Source: Rhodospirillales bacterium
GTDB lineage: Bacteria; Pseudomonadota; Alphaproteobacteria; Bin95
Length of the DNA stretch: 64,000 nt
NCBI GenBank assembly: GCA_038143065.1
Contig: JAYQLI010000035.1
Location: forward strand, 1,248,894 to 1,312,893
Direction: 5' to 3'
Every line of letters begins with the position of its first letter. Within the stretch, counting starts at the first letter, position 1. Shown piece after piece: positions 34,029 to 44,539 of the stretch. A program made the translations under genes and the position numbers. Under the pieces are notes generated by a model. It ran no database searches and had not been told where the DNA came from. It worked only from the letters and a program-made list of their open reading frames with translations.

Positions 34029-34440
34029 CTAACTCGGCATTTCATCAGATTTAGGTAAGTTTGGGTCTAATTGGTTCCAAGGTTGAGCAGACCTTACAAA
34101 GATGTCTCTAGCCGGTTGATAGGAACTTGGATCATCCAAACTTCCCGCATAAAGAACAGTAAAGTATTTTGAAATATCATTTCGAATAAATAGAGGTGAT
34201 CCACAATCACGAGCAAAAGGCGCGATGTATCGCATGGCCTCGGTCCGCCTGACGCGTAAACCACTTGGGCTCACCCTTTTCAAGGTTGAAATTTTCACTC
34301 TTGAAACCCATACCCGGAAAATAGGCACTGCCCGTTGCCTGCTGACAATCTCTACAATGACAATTACCCATATAGCGCGGTTCACCCACTGCTCTGTAAC
34401 GGATCGCACCACAAGCACAACCACCCGTAAAATCAGTCAT
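34029..34440 (-). CDS. GFA (CENP-V) family protein; frameshift near 34210
   Basis: GGCACGAIRY, CHCRDCQ and FCRDCGSP (restored). Confidence 0.85.
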
Positions 34441-35561
34441 AAGACATCTCCCTTCTGGACTCCCTTTATCCTATCCCATTCAGCCTGAACTTCTGGGTCC
34501 GGATCATTACGATACATCAAATTTGCCCTCTCAGGTTCCAATCGGCTGAGAGCCCAGATAGCGGCACGGCGAACTAAAGGTGATGAGTCAGTGGTTAATT
34601 GAGCGGCGGTTCCTGCCAGCTCTGGTAAATCGGAGTTACCAATAGCAATGGCAACATTTCTTACAAACCTATCACGGCCTGTGCGCTTGATCGGAGATCC
34701 TGCAAATACCTGCCTGAACTCTGCATCATCAAGGCCAGCTAGCTCTTTAAGCTTAGGAACTTGAAGCTCAACTCGGGGCCAAAGAGCGGGTTCTTTTGGT
34801 AATTCTGCAAATTTATTCCAAGGGCATACAGCCAGGCAGTCGTCGCAGCCATAAATCCGTCCCCCCATAGCCTCCATTAAGTCGTAATCAATATGGCTCT
34901 TATGTTCGATTGTAAGGTAGGAGATACAGCGACGAGCATCTAGCTTATAGGGCGCAACAAATGCATCAGTTGGACATGCTTCCAAGCAATTCCGACATGA
35001 TCCACAATGGTCTAATTCCACCGCATCAGGCGTTAGGTCAATATCCGTAAACATCTCACCTAAAAAAAACCAATTACCTAGCCCGCGGCTAACGAGGTTC
35101 GAATGTTTACCCTGCCAACCTATTCCTGCGCGCTGAGCAAGGTGCTTTTCTAATACAGGGGCGGTATCAACAAAAATTTTTACTTGCGCTCCATGAACCT
35201 CATTCGTCCATCTAGCTAAACGCTTCAAACGCGATTTCAAAACGTCGTGATAATCTCTAACTGTTCGCGCGTAGACGCTTATCTCGCCACTTTCAGGATC
35301 GCTAACAGAAGAAAGAGGGTTTTCTGGTGGCGCATAACTCATAGCAACAACAACTACGCTACGAGCTTCAGGCCATAACTTTTTAGGGTCCGCTCGCCTT
35401 TCAGCATGAGTTGCCATCCAACCCATATCGCCATGCATACCAGACTTTAAGTACTCAGCTAGCCAAGCCTTTGCATCCTCTGAGCTCTCCGCTGGAGCAA
35501 ACCCGATTGCATCAAAACCTAGCGCTAAACCCTCTGAGCGGATCGCTGACGTTAGATCCAC
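34437..35561 (-). CDS. queG: tRNA epoxyqueuosine(34) reductase
   Basis: DYH, VDTAPVLE, GWQGKH, CGSCRNCLEACPT, CISYLTIE and YGCDDCLAVCPWN. Confidence 0.96.
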   Translation of the reverse strand: MDLTSAIRSEGLALGFDAIGFAPAESSEDAKAWLAEYLKSGMHGDMGWMATHAERRADPKKLWPEARSVVVVAMSYAPPENPLSSVSDPESGEISVYARTVRDYHDVLKSRLKRLARWTNEVHGAQVKIFVDTAPVLEKHLAQRAGIGWQGKHSNLVSRGLGNWFFLGEMFTDIDLTPDAVELDHCGSCRNCLEACPTDAFVAPYKLDARRCISYLTIEHKSHIDYDLMEAMGGRIYGCDDCLAVCPWNKFAELPKEPALWPRVELQVPKLKELAGLDDAEFRQVFAGSPIKRTGRDRFVRNVAIAIGNSDLPELAGTAAQLTTDSSPLVRRAAIWALSRLEPERANLMYRNDPDPEVQAEWDRIKGVQKGDVL

Positions 35562-35566
35562 TGGAG

Positions 35567-36349
35567 CTATCTAAGACCTTTAAGAAATTTTGCACGAGCT
35601 GCAGCTCCCGCCATGAGAAATCCAAGATCGCTGCCGCCAAGGATAAGTTGCGCGCCCATACCAATGTATCGGCTTGCCAAGTCTTCGTCGTATATACCTC
35701 CCATGCCGAGGTGCTTCCCATTGTTTTTGCATGCACTTGCTACCCGCCCATATGCTGCTTTCACTTTTTCGTGACCAAACTGGCCAGGGATGCCCATTTC
35801 GGCGCAAAGATCATTCGTTCCAATTAGAAGACAATCGACACCTTCAACTGCTGCCATCGCATCAGCTTGTTCTACAGCGCTAGCACTTTCTATCATGCAA
35901 ACAACTAGGATATTGTCATTGACCAAGCCAACCTGCTTTTCAATACCTACCGCCTCATACGCAAGTTGAGGGGCAAGGCCGCCTACAGATCTTTTTCCAA
36001 GAGGAGGATGCAAACACTGATCACGTATCATTGTTGCCTCTTCAACATTTTCTACATGGGGAGCAACAATTCCCTGAGCACCCGAATCAAGGGGTCTACT
36101 CATAAGAAAGCTGGCGTGATGCGATGGTCGAACTAAAGGAGTTATTCCTGCATCAAGTCCTGCAGCACACATGTCAGCTGCTGTATCAATGGTCATTGAA
36201 TTATGCTCAAGATCAATAAATAGCCAATCAAAACCACACACTTTAGCAATCTTGACTGTGTCAACAGTGCGAGCCTGGCGCATGCCAAACCCTATAGCTA
36301 GCTCACCTGCTTTCAACTTATCTTTAGCAAGATTTGGGATAGCTGGCAT
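35567..36349 (-). CDS. HpcH/HpaI aldolase family protein
   Basis: GFDWLFIDLEH, MIES and IGTNDL. Confidence 0.9.
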   Translation of the reverse strand: MPAIPNLAKDKLKAGELAIGFGMRQARTVDTVKIAKVCGFDWLFIDLEHNSMTIDTAADMCAAGLDAGITPLVRPSHHASFLMSRPLDSGAQGIVAPHVENVEEATMIRDQCLHPPLGKRSVGGLAPQLAYEAVGIEKQVGLVNDNILVVCMIESASAVEQADAMAAVEGVDCLLIGTNDLCAEMGIPGQFGHEKVKAAYGRVASACKNNGKHLGMGGIYDEDLASRYIGMGAQLILGGSDLGFLMAGAAARAKFLKGLR

Positions 36350-36392
36350 TTTTGCCTCCTTAGCAACATCGTCGATAATTTTGCCCCATAGC

Positions 36393-37280
36393 TTAAGCGG
36401 GGTCCATCCGCTGGAAGATTAACAAAGTGGAGAAATCTCCAAAATCAATTCTCGCTCGGGTTTGAGCTTTAACGACGGGCTTTCCGCGCCATGCAACACC
36501 AAGACCAGCTCGGCGCAGCATGGGAATATCGTTAGAACCATCTCCCACAGCCAGAACGGCCTCTGGGCCGATTTCAAGTCTTTGCATAGCCGCTTCAAGA
36601 GCCTGCACCTTTGCCGCGCTATCTAAAATTGGCTCAATTAACTCCCCCGTTATTATTCCAGAATTAATTTCAATATCGTTAGCCTGGTTACCGTGAAAGC
36701 CAAGTTGGTGCGCAACCTTGTCAGTAAAAAACTTGAATCCACCAGAAACCAGCAGACACTCCGCACCCGAATTTGCCATTGATCTCACGAGCACATCAGC
36801 ACCTGGAGTTATCGAAATATTGGAATATACGTCTTCTAAAATACCTGCCTCTACGCCAGCTAAAAGACGGACCCGTTCTCGAAGTGCCGTTTGAAAATCG
36901 ATTTCACCATTCATTGCACGACTTGTGATTTCAGACACTCTATGCCCAACACCGGCTCTAGCAGCCATTTCATCCAACGTTTCTGAAGCAACTATGGTGG
37001 AGTCCATGTCTGCAATCATGAGCCGCTTACCTCTGTGCTTGGCTGGCTGCAAAGCATAATCAACAGGTTTATGGCCAATAGCTAAGCGAACGGCATCGGC
37101 GATATGTTCGTTCCAGGGGTCGCCCTCCCATCTGATGTCTGCAGCACGATCATTAGAAAAGAATTCCACTCCATCTACGGAGTGCGCACCTCCAACACCT
37201 AGCGCAGTAACAGCAATTTCGCTAACTGAAGTCTCGAGCTTGCAGTCAGGAGGCGCTACAAGAGTAAGTATGGATTCCAC
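36393..37280 (-). CDS. serB: Phosphoserine phosphatase
   Basis: ADMDST, AMNGEIDF, VSGGF and VGDGSND. Probable start is GTG at 37280. Confidence 0.93.
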   Translation of the reverse strand: MESILTLVAPPDCKLETSVSEIAVTALGVGGAHSVDGVEFFSNDRAADIRWEGDPWNEHIADAVRLAIGHKPVDYALQPAKHRGKRLMIADMDSTIVASETLDEMAARAGVGHRVSEITSRAMNGEIDFQTALRERVRLLAGVEAGILEDVYSNISITPGADVLVRSMANSGAECLLVSGGFKFFTDKVAHQLGFHGNQANDIEINSGIITGELIEPILDSAAKVQALEAAMQRLEIGPEAVLAVGDGSNDIPMLRRAGLGVAWRGKPVVKAQTRARIDFGDFSTLLIFQRMDPA

Positions 37281-37302
37281 GAGAAATTGTCCCCTTGGCG
37301 AA

Positions 37303-38223
37303 ATGCGCCCTGTCATTGTCGTAACTGGCCCTACAGCAAGCGGCAAGTCAGCATTCGCACTTGAAATTGCGAGGCAGTTTAATGGGGTTGTGATAAACGC
37401 AGATAGCATGCAGGTCTATAAAGGACTTCGAATTCTAACAGCTAGACCCACACCAGAAGAGGAAGCACAAGCCCCTCACAAATTGTACGGCTGGCTAGAA
37501 CCAGATGATGTGTGCTCGGCAGGTCGGTGGGTACAGGCAGCCTTGGCAGAAATCAAAAAATGTCATGACTCTGGCCTCACCCCAATTATTTGTGGAGGAA
37601 CCGGGTTTTACATTGAAGCCTTAATCAAAGGCTTGCCTCCCACCCCGTCGATTCCTCCCGACATCCGTGCTCAGGCAAGGGTGGACGTTGCTAAAGATTA
37701 TGAAGGTCACTATTCCGTGCTCGAACGGGCTGATCCTAAATCAGCGGCTCGAATTCACGATCCGCAACGTCTATCTCGTGCACTAGAGATTTGGCGGACA
37801 ACAGGAAAAATTCCCTCGGAGGTGCTCCATACTCCACCAGCGCCTCCTAAAGGGTTAGTTTTCAATGTAACAGCAATAATGCCAGAACGAGATCAACTTT
37901 ATGCTCGTATCAACTCTCGAACCAATATCATGGCTAACCTTGGTGCAGTTGAGGAAGCAACAGCCTTTCTTGCTCGCAATCTAAATCCCGAGTTACCAGC
38001 AATGAGGGCGATTGGGGTGAAAGAATTTGCCTCAGTCAATAAAAGTGAAATTTTATTACAAAATGCAATTGAAGCAACATCGCAAGCCACGAGACGCTAC
38101 GCAAAACGCCAAAACACCTGGATCAAGCAACGATTAGAAGTGGATTTTGTTTTAAATATGGAAGAAAATGTTAATTTACATGATGATTTTATAATAAAAT
38201 TATATAAAAAATTATTGACCTAA
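37303..38223 (+). CDS. miaA: tRNA dimethylallyltransferase
   Basis: GPTASGKS, NADSMQVY, GGTGFY and TRRYAKRQNTW. Confidence 0.95.
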   Translation: MRPVIVVTGPTASGKSAFALEIARQFNGVVINADSMQVYKGLRILTARPTPEEEAQAPHKLYGWLEPDDVCSAGRWVQAALAEIKKCHDSGLTPIICGGTGFYIEALIKGLPPTPSIPPDIRAQARVDVAKDYEGHYSVLERADPKSAARIHDPQRLSRALEIWRTTGKIPSEVLHTPPAPPKGLVFNVTAIMPERDQLYARINSRTNIMANLGAVEEATAFLARNLNPELPAMRAIGVKEFASVNKSEILLQNAIEATSQATRRYAKRQNTWIKQRLEVDFVLNMEENVNLHDDFIIKLYKKLLT

Positions 38224-38243
38224 TATACCAATCAAATTATCTT
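38215..38243 (+). promoter_or_regulatory. Putative sigma70-type promoter of ilvIHC
   Basis: TTGACC-N17-TATCTT. A similar TTGACC-N16-TATCTT element lies at 4768-4795. Confidence 0.45.
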
Positions 38244-38309
38244 GCGCGCCGAAAAAATATTCGAAAGTAATTTTGTTTCAATTTAAATCTGGTGTTACTG
38301 GAGTTTCTG

Positions 38310-40076
38310 GTGAGCGAAGAAAAAATGACCGGCGCGGCCATGATAGTCCGCGCATTAATAGATCAGGGTGTCGAAGCGGTATTTGGCTATCCAGGCGGGG
38401 CAGTGCTCCCCATTTATGACGAAATTTTCAAGCAAAATCGCCTGAAGCACTATCTAGTGCGCCAGGAAGGTGGGGCGGTTCATGCTGCTGAAGGTTATGC
38501 CCGCTCTACCGGCAAGATTGGTGTTGTGCTCGTGACATCAGGGCCTGGTGCAACCAACGCCGTTACGGGACTAACAGATGCCCTTATGGATTCCATTCCA
38601 ATTGTTTGCCTAACCGGGCAAGTTCCGACACAACTTATAGGAAATGACGCCTTTCAAGAGGCTTATACCACCGGAATCACACGGCCCTGCACAAAACACA
38701 ATTACCTTGTGAAAGAGGTAAATGATTTACCTCGCGTGATGCACGAAGCCTTTCATGTAGCTCGTTCAGGCCGACCTGGTCCCGTTGTCATTGACTTACC
38801 CAAAGATGTTCAATTCGCAGAAGGTAGCTACAACAAGCCCCAAGCATTCGAACATCGGTCTTACCGTCCAAAAACCGAGCCAGAACCAGCTGCCATTGAA
38901 GAAGCCCTTGAGCTGATGGCAAAGGCAGAACGCCCCTTGTTTTATGTAGGCGGAGGCGTGATCAACGCTGGACCACAAGCATCAGACGATCTTCGAAGCC
39001 TGGTACGTTCCACTGGATTCCCTATCACTCAAACCTTGATGGGGTTGGGGGCGTTTCCAACGGATGACAAACAATCGCTCGGAATGGTTGGAATGCATGG
39101 GCTCTACGAGAGTAATATGGCAATGCATGACTGTGATCTTATGATATGCATTGGCGCTCGCTTTGATGATCGCGTGACAGGCAGGATTGATGCTTTCTCG
39201 CCAAACTCCATAAAAATTCATGTCGATATTGATGCATCTTCCATCAATAAAAACGTACGTGTTGATCTTCCAATCGTTGCCGATGCAGGCCGCACTCTAT
39301 CACTTTTGCTTGAGGGCTGGAGGTCAAAGAAATTAAAGACCAATGCAAAAGCAATCGACCTTTGGTGGCGTGTGATAGACAAATGGCGTGAACGTGATTG
39401 CCTTGCCTATGACAAAGCCTCCAAGATTATCAAGCCACAACTGGCACTAGAGCAACTCCAAATGGCAATGGAGAAATCTGGCAAACAGTATTTCGTAACT
39501 ACGGAAGTCGGCCAGCATCAAATGTGGGCAGCTCAATTCCTTCAATTCAGAGATCCCAACCGATGGATGACATCCGGCGGCCTCGGTACTATGGGGTATG
39601 GCCTACCAGCAGCGACAGGCGTTCAGGTAGCTCATCCAGATGCACTTGTAGTTGATGTATCAGGCGAGGCCTCATTCCTTATGAACATGCAGGAAATGTC
39701 CACAATTTCGCAGTACAAACTGCCAATCAAGCTCTTTATTTTGAACAATCAATGGATGGGCATGGTTCGGCAATGGCAAGAGTTACTGCACGGAAGCAGA
39801 TACTCGGAAAGTTATACGGACAGTCTTCCAGATTTCATTAAACTTGCCGAGGCTTTCGGTTGGACCGGCCTTGTTGCAAATGAGCCGGGGGAACTTGATG
39901 ATGTGATCAATCGCATGATTGAAACTGATGGTCCGGTGATTGCTGATATCCGCGTAGATCAAAAAGAAAACTGTTTTCCAATGATACCATCAGGAGCCGC
40001 TCACAACGAAATGCTAATGGGCCCCAATGCAGCCCAAGCAGCCGAAGTTAGTGACGCCGGCAAGGCTCTCGTTTAA
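38310..40076 (+). CDS. ilvI: Acetolactate synthase large subunit
   Basis: FGYPGGAVLP, TSGPGATN, GARFDD, GQHQMW, SGGLGTMGYG and MVRQWQ. Confidence 0.96.
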   Translation: MSEEKMTGAAMIVRALIDQGVEAVFGYPGGAVLPIYDEIFKQNRLKHYLVRQEGGAVHAAEGYARSTGKIGVVLVTSGPGATNAVTGLTDALMDSIPIVCLTGQVPTQLIGNDAFQEAYTTGITRPCTKHNYLVKEVNDLPRVMHEAFHVARSGRPGPVVIDLPKDVQFAEGSYNKPQAFEHRSYRPKTEPEPAAIEEALELMAKAERPLFYVGGGVINAGPQASDDLRSLVRSTGFPITQTLMGLGAFPTDDKQSLGMVGMHGLYESNMAMHDCDLMICIGARFDDRVTGRIDAFSPNSIKIHVDIDASSINKNVRVDLPIVADAGRTLSLLLEGWRSKKLKTNAKAIDLWWRVIDKWRERDCLAYDKASKIIKPQLALEQLQMAMEKSGKQYFVTTEVGQHQMWAAQFLQFRDPNRWMTSGGLGTMGYGLPAATGVQVAHPDALVVDVSGEASFLMNMQEMSTISQYKLPIKLFILNNQWMGMVRQWQELLHGSRYSESYTDSLPDFIKLAEAFGWTGLVANEPGELDDVINRMIETDGPVIADIRVDQKENCFPMIPSGAAHNEMLMGPNAAQAAEVSDAGKALV

Positions 40077-40089
40077 GGAATTTATCATC

Positions 40090-40632
40090 GTGGCAAATTC
40101 AACTTCAGTGTATGAAACGCAGTCTCGCGTTGACCCAATAGAGCGGCATACACTTGCTATACTTGTAGACAATGAACCCGGTATTCTCGCGCGCGTTGCA
40201 GGCCTTTTCTCAGGGCGCGGTTACAATATTGACAGCTTAACGGTTGCTGAAACTGACCATATGGCTGGGCTATCCCGTATCACCGTTGTGACTACCGGCA
40301 CACCCATGATTATTGAGCAAATCAAAGCACAGTTAGGTAGACTCGTACCTGTACATGACGTTGCAGATCTTACTTCCGAAGGCCCGCATGTGGAGAGAGA
40401 ACTTGCTCTGGTAAAAGTCGCAGGAAAAGGCGAACACAGAGTTGAAGCACTCAGAACTGCAGATATATTTCGGGCACGTGCAGTGGACAGCACCACTGAT
40501 AGCTTTGTATTTGAAATCACTGGATCTAGCGAAAAAGTGGATGCATTTATCGATTTGATGAAACCCTTGGGGTTAGTGGATGTAGCACGCACTGGTGTTG
40601 TAGCCATTGCGCGAGGCGCCAACGCGCTTTAG
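40090..40632 (+). CDS. ilvH: Acetolactate synthase small subunit
   Basis: LVDNEPGILARVAGLFSGRGYNIDSL and ERELALVK. Confidence 0.95.
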   Translation: MANSTSVYETQSRVDPIERHTLAILVDNEPGILARVAGLFSGRGYNIDSLTVAETDHMAGLSRITVVTTGTPMIIEQIKAQLGRLVPVHDVADLTSEGPHVERELALVKVAGKGEHRVEALRTADIFRARAVDSTTDSFVFEITGSSEKVDAFIDLMKPLGLVDVARTGVVAIARGANAL

Positions 40633-40711
40633 AACCCGCCTTCGCAAACTAATTTGACGCCAGTCTAACAAAGTTAACAACGAAAAAATTCTATAAATGA
40701 GGAGAACGCCA

Positions 40712-41731
40712 ATGCGCGTCTATTATGATCGGGATGCCGATGTAAATCTGATAAAGACTAAGAAAGTTGCTATTGTCGGCTACGGAAGCCAAGGACATGC
40801 ACACGCCAACAATTTGCGTGACTCTGGTGTCAAAGATGTAGTTGTTGCCCTGCGTCCTGGATCTGGTTCAGCAGCAAAAGCAGAAGGAGCTGGCTTCAAA
40901 GTGATGAGCCCAGCAGACGCTGCACAATGGGCTGACGTTGTAATGATCCTAACCCCAGATGAAGGTCACGCCGACCTTTGGGAACAGCATTTACGTGATA
41001 ATATGAAACAAGGTGCCGCTTTGGCAGTTGCACATGGCTTGTCGCTGCACTTCAATCTGGTTAAGCCTCGAGATGATCTCGACGTGTTCATGGTCGCCCC
41101 TAAAGGCCCAGGACACTTGGTCCGCACCGAGTACGTGCGCGGAGCCGGCGTACCCAGCCTGTTAGCAATCCATCAGGATGCAACAGGCAATGCTCATGAT
41201 ATTGGCCTGTCATATTCTTGCGCAAACGGCGGTGGCCGCGCGGGAATTATCGAAACCACAATGAAAGAAGAATGTGAAACCGATTTATTCGGCGAACAAG
41301 TTGTACTCTGCGGCGGTCTCTCTGCCCTTATTCAAGCAGGCTTCGAAACCCTTACTGAGGCAGGTTATGCTCCAGAAATGGCGTATTTTGAATGCGTCCA
41401 CGAGGTAAAGCTTATCGTCGATCTCATTTATGAAAATGGCCTAGCTGGTATGCGTTACTCAGTCTCCAACCCAGCTGAGTATGGAGACTACACAAGGGGG
41501 CCTCGCGTAATCGACGCCTCTGTTAAGGAGCGCATGAAAGAAATCCTTGGCGAAATCCAACGCGGTGAATTTGCACGAGAGTTTGTCCTCGAGAACAAGG
41601 CTGGTCAGCCTTCATTCCTCGCAAAGCGTCGAATTGGTGCAGAGCACGAGTTAGAAGTTATTGGCGAACGCCTACGCGGCATGATGCCTTGGATTGCCGA
41701 AAACGCAATTATAGATAAAAGCAAGAACTAA
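40712..41731 (+). CDS. ilvC: Ketol-acid reductoisomerase
   Basis: [25 protein letters not shown] and AYFECVHE. Confidence 0.97.
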   Translation: MRVYYDRDADVNLIKTKKVAIVGYGSQGHAHANNLRDSGVKDVVVALRPGSGSAAKAEGAGFKVMSPADAAQWADVVMILTPDEGHADLWEQHLRDNMKQGAALAVAHGLSLHFNLVKPRDDLDVFMVAPKGPGHLVRTEYVRGAGVPSLLAIHQDATGNAHDIGLSYSCANGGGRAGIIETTMKEECETDLFGEQVVLCGGLSALIQAGFETLTEAGYAPEMAYFECVHEVKLIVDLIYENGLAGMRYSVSNPAEYGDYTRGPRVIDASVKERMKEILGEIQRGEFAREFVLENKAGQPSFLAKRRIGAEHELEVIGERLRGMMPWIAENAIIDKSKN

Positions 41732-41737
41732 TCGGCA

Positions 41738-41780
41738 AGGGCCAGCGCATTAAAACCGCTGGCCCTCACCCTTGGTTTTT
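41738..41780. terminator. Hairpin terminator between convergent ilvC and yceI-like genes
   Basis: 10-bp stem AGGGCCAGCG/CGCTGGCCCT. Confidence 0.7.
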
Positions 41781-41831
41781 TAGACAAGCCTAAAATTATT
41801 TCGTCATCAAACATTGGCGCAATAACTATTT

Positions 41832-42389
41832 CTACAGAGATTTTTTTGCCACAACATCTATTCGGACAATAACATTATCTTTGATGAAATCCGTAGAACG
41901 CCATTGCCCATCTCCTACATTGAACGCAAGACGGGAAAGAGCAACTTCCCCCTTCATATGAGCGTCCGGGCCGGAAATTGATAATGTAAAAGGAAGCTCC
42001 AACTTAGTTTTGATACCTTTTATTTCCAATGTTCCATTGGCAACATAACGGTCCTCTTCTAGGTGGCGAAACGAATCAGCCACGAAAGTCGCTTGAGGGA
42101 ATACATCGACCGACAGCCAATCACGTTTTCGAATTTCCACGTCTCTTTCTTTATAGTTTGTATCGATGCTTCCCGTTTCAATGTCTACACGAACTGAACT
42201 CGCGCTAAGATCTGTCTCGTCAAAACTAATTGTTGCATTCCATCTCTTAAAGAGACCTTCAACTGGAGAGTTCTGCCAATACGTAGTGAAGCCAATTCGG
42301 CTAGCGCCAAAATTGACATTCCAAATTGGCGCCTCTGCAAAAGCAGGGGAAATACAAAATAAAGTCATAAACAAAATTAGGTATTTCAA
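41832..42389 (-). CDS. YceI-family periplasmic lipid/polyisoprenoid-binding protein
   Basis: Signal peptide, S.IGF, SIDT...RD, FPQATF, GTLEIKG and RLAFNVG. Confidence 0.85.
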   Translation of the reverse strand: MKYLILFMTLFCISPAFAEAPIWNVNFGASRIGFTTYWQNSPVEGLFKRWNATISFDETDLSASSVRVDIETGSIDTNYKERDVEIRKRDWLSVDVFPQATFVADSFRHLEEDRYVANGTLEIKGIKTKLELPFTLSISGPDAHMKGEVALSRLAFNVGDGQWRSTDFIKDNVIVRIDVVAKKSL

Positions 42390-42555
42390 AACATTCTCTT
42401 GTCTTACTGCATCAAAGTTCAGCAGAATAACCCCATCTCGCCGATAAGCAATTACTGACAGCATAAATGGAATCCGCCAACCCATCCTGCAACGCATCTC
42501 AGGGAATAACGAAAGCAGCAGGTCATCTAATCCACAAAAGGAGACTCAGAAATCA

Positions 42556-43344
42556 ATGACAGAGAAACTAAAATTTGAAGTCCGAGACGATAAGGTTGCT
42601 GTGATTACTTTTAATAATCCAGAAAAATTAAATGCATTCTCAATTGAAATGCTAGAAGCATATATTGATCGCCTGCGGGAGTGTGGCGATCGTGATGACA
42701 TCCGCTGCGTAGTTATTACGGGCGAAGGCCGAGGCTTTTGCTCTGGTGGGGATACCGGCGGAATGGGTGGTGCACAGACTACAGTAACAGCGGTTAAGTC
42801 TGGTCTTTGGGATAGAATTCAAAAAATCTCACAAGAGATACAAAACCTCGACAAACCAGTTCTCGCTGCAGTGAACGGTGTTGCAGTAGGAGCTGGAATG
42901 GATATGGCCCTACACTGCGATATTAGATATGCCGCAAAAAGTGCACGCTTTGCTGAGACCTATGTCAGGATGGGTCTAGTACCAGGAAATGGGGCATGTT
43001 GGTTTTTACCACGAATTATCGGCGTCCAAAAAGCTTTAGAACTTCTTTGGACTTCAAAATTTGTTGATGCCGAAGAAGCTAAAAATATTGGTCTTGTCCT
43101 AGACGTTTTCGACGATGATCAGCTTCTTGATAGAGTATTGGAGATTGCTTCTGGCATCGCAGCTGGCGCACCAATATCTGTGCGCTTGATAAAGAGGTTG
43201 GTGTACCAAAATCAAAACATGGATCTTCGCTCAAGCTTAGACATGGTGTCGTCGCACATGACCTTAGCTCGTATGTCTGAAGATCATGTTGAGGCAATTT
43301 CTGCTTGGCGTGAGAAACGCCCAGGAGACTTTAAAGGCTACTGA
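42556..43344 (+). CDS. Enoyl-CoA hydratase/isomerase family protein
   Basis: NNPEKLNA, FCSGGD, AVNGVAVGAG and EKRPGDFKG. Confidence 0.92.
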   Translation: MTEKLKFEVRDDKVAVITFNNPEKLNAFSIEMLEAYIDRLRECGDRDDIRCVVITGEGRGFCSGGDTGGMGGAQTTVTAVKSGLWDRIQKISQEIQNLDKPVLAAVNGVAVGAGMDMALHCDIRYAAKSARFAETYVRMGLVPGNGACWFLPRIIGVQKALELLWTSKFVDAEEAKNIGLVLDVFDDDQLLDRVLEIASGIAAGAPISVRLIKRLVYQNQNMDLRSSLDMVSSHMTLARMSEDHVEAISAWREKRPGDFKGY

Positions 43345-43365
43345 TTATCCTCAATGTTAGATATT

Positions 43366-43400
43366 TAAATCCCCTCGGCATCATGAGCCGAGGGGATTTA
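43366..43400. terminator. Bidirectional hairpin terminator
   Basis: Perfect 14-bp inverted repeat TAAATCCCCTCGGC/GCCGAGGGGATTTA between convergent genes. Confidence 0.75.
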
Positions 43401-43481
43401 GCTGGTGTTTACCCATCTCTCCAAGCACCCAACTTCAAGTTAAAATCTTGGCACGTTAGGTGCGGGTTAATAGAATATTTT

Positions 43482-44421
43482 CTAAAGAGCAGGAGCAATT
43501 ATTTCCGCAAAACGCGCCAGATTACGAGTTTGCTCTTCCGCATCAGCGCCTCTGTATCGGATTATAATTTTCTCAAACCCCGCATCTATGACTGATTTAA
43601 GATCATCAATGATATCTGCTTCGGACCCAGAACCCATATCACGACCTCCAAAGGGTCCCTGCTTTGCTTCCCCAGGGCTTAAGAAAAGTTTGTATACGAG
43701 TTGAATATCACTGAAATTTCTACCTTCGGCTTCAGAAATACCTCTCAAAGCTGCAAGCCTTTCAGGCATTTCCTCCCGACCAAGTGCCGTCGCAAGCCAG
43801 CCATCGCCACGCCTAACTATCCGCCTGAGCGCTGGATCTGAAACTCCTCCTATGAGGATTGGAGGATGTGGTTTTGGAAGGAACCAGGAACCGACTGAAC
43901 TGGATCAAATCGATAGGTCTGCCCTTCAAAACCAATCTTTCCCCTTCGCACATAGCCTTGAATATATCTAAATACTCGTCTGTAGCTTTACCACGTAGCT
44001 TAAAATCAGGTGTCTGAAGGGCTTCAAATTCCTCTCGCAGCCAGCCTACACCAGCTCCTAACACAATCCTTCCGCCAGAAAATTGATCCAGCGTAATAAG
44101 CATGCGAGCGGTTAGTACTGGGTTTCGATAGGGAATAATTAGAACTGCTGTTCCCAATTTTATCTTGGAGGTGGCTCCAACAAGAACCCCCATAACAGCC
44201 AATGGTTCGAAGAGGGGGTCGTTGGTTGGCGCTGGAAAATTACCGGTAGCACTAAAAGGATATTTCGACTCAAATGAGGCTGGAAAAGCTACATGATCAG
44301 CCAGCCAAATAGAGTCAAAACCAACATCTTCAGCAAAATGAGCCAGACCTATCACCGTTTCTGGATCTGCCAATGGTCCATAGATACCCACGTCTAACCC
44401 GAACATATTCAAATCAGCCAT
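43482..44421 (-). CDS. LLM-class flavin/F420-dependent oxidoreductase; frameshifted at 43870-43945
   Basis: GFDSIWLADHV, YRNPVLTARM..TLD.FSGGRIVLGAGVGWLREEF and PHPPILIGG. Confidence 0.85.
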
Positions 44422-44539
44422 GACAATATCTCCTTATGATCTGAAGATTAGAAATATAATTTGAAAACACAGGGTCTTCACGTACGAGTTTCCATCGTTA
44501 AGCTCTTTAATAGAATAACACTAGGAGCTGTCGGCAACT

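Noticed and set aside
34207-34209. TGA after 'FCS' in the GFA gene as a second selenocysteine
   Set aside because: The conserved CxxC (FCRDCGSP) continues in another frame after a 1-nt insertion, and the TGA frame does not continue as GFA.
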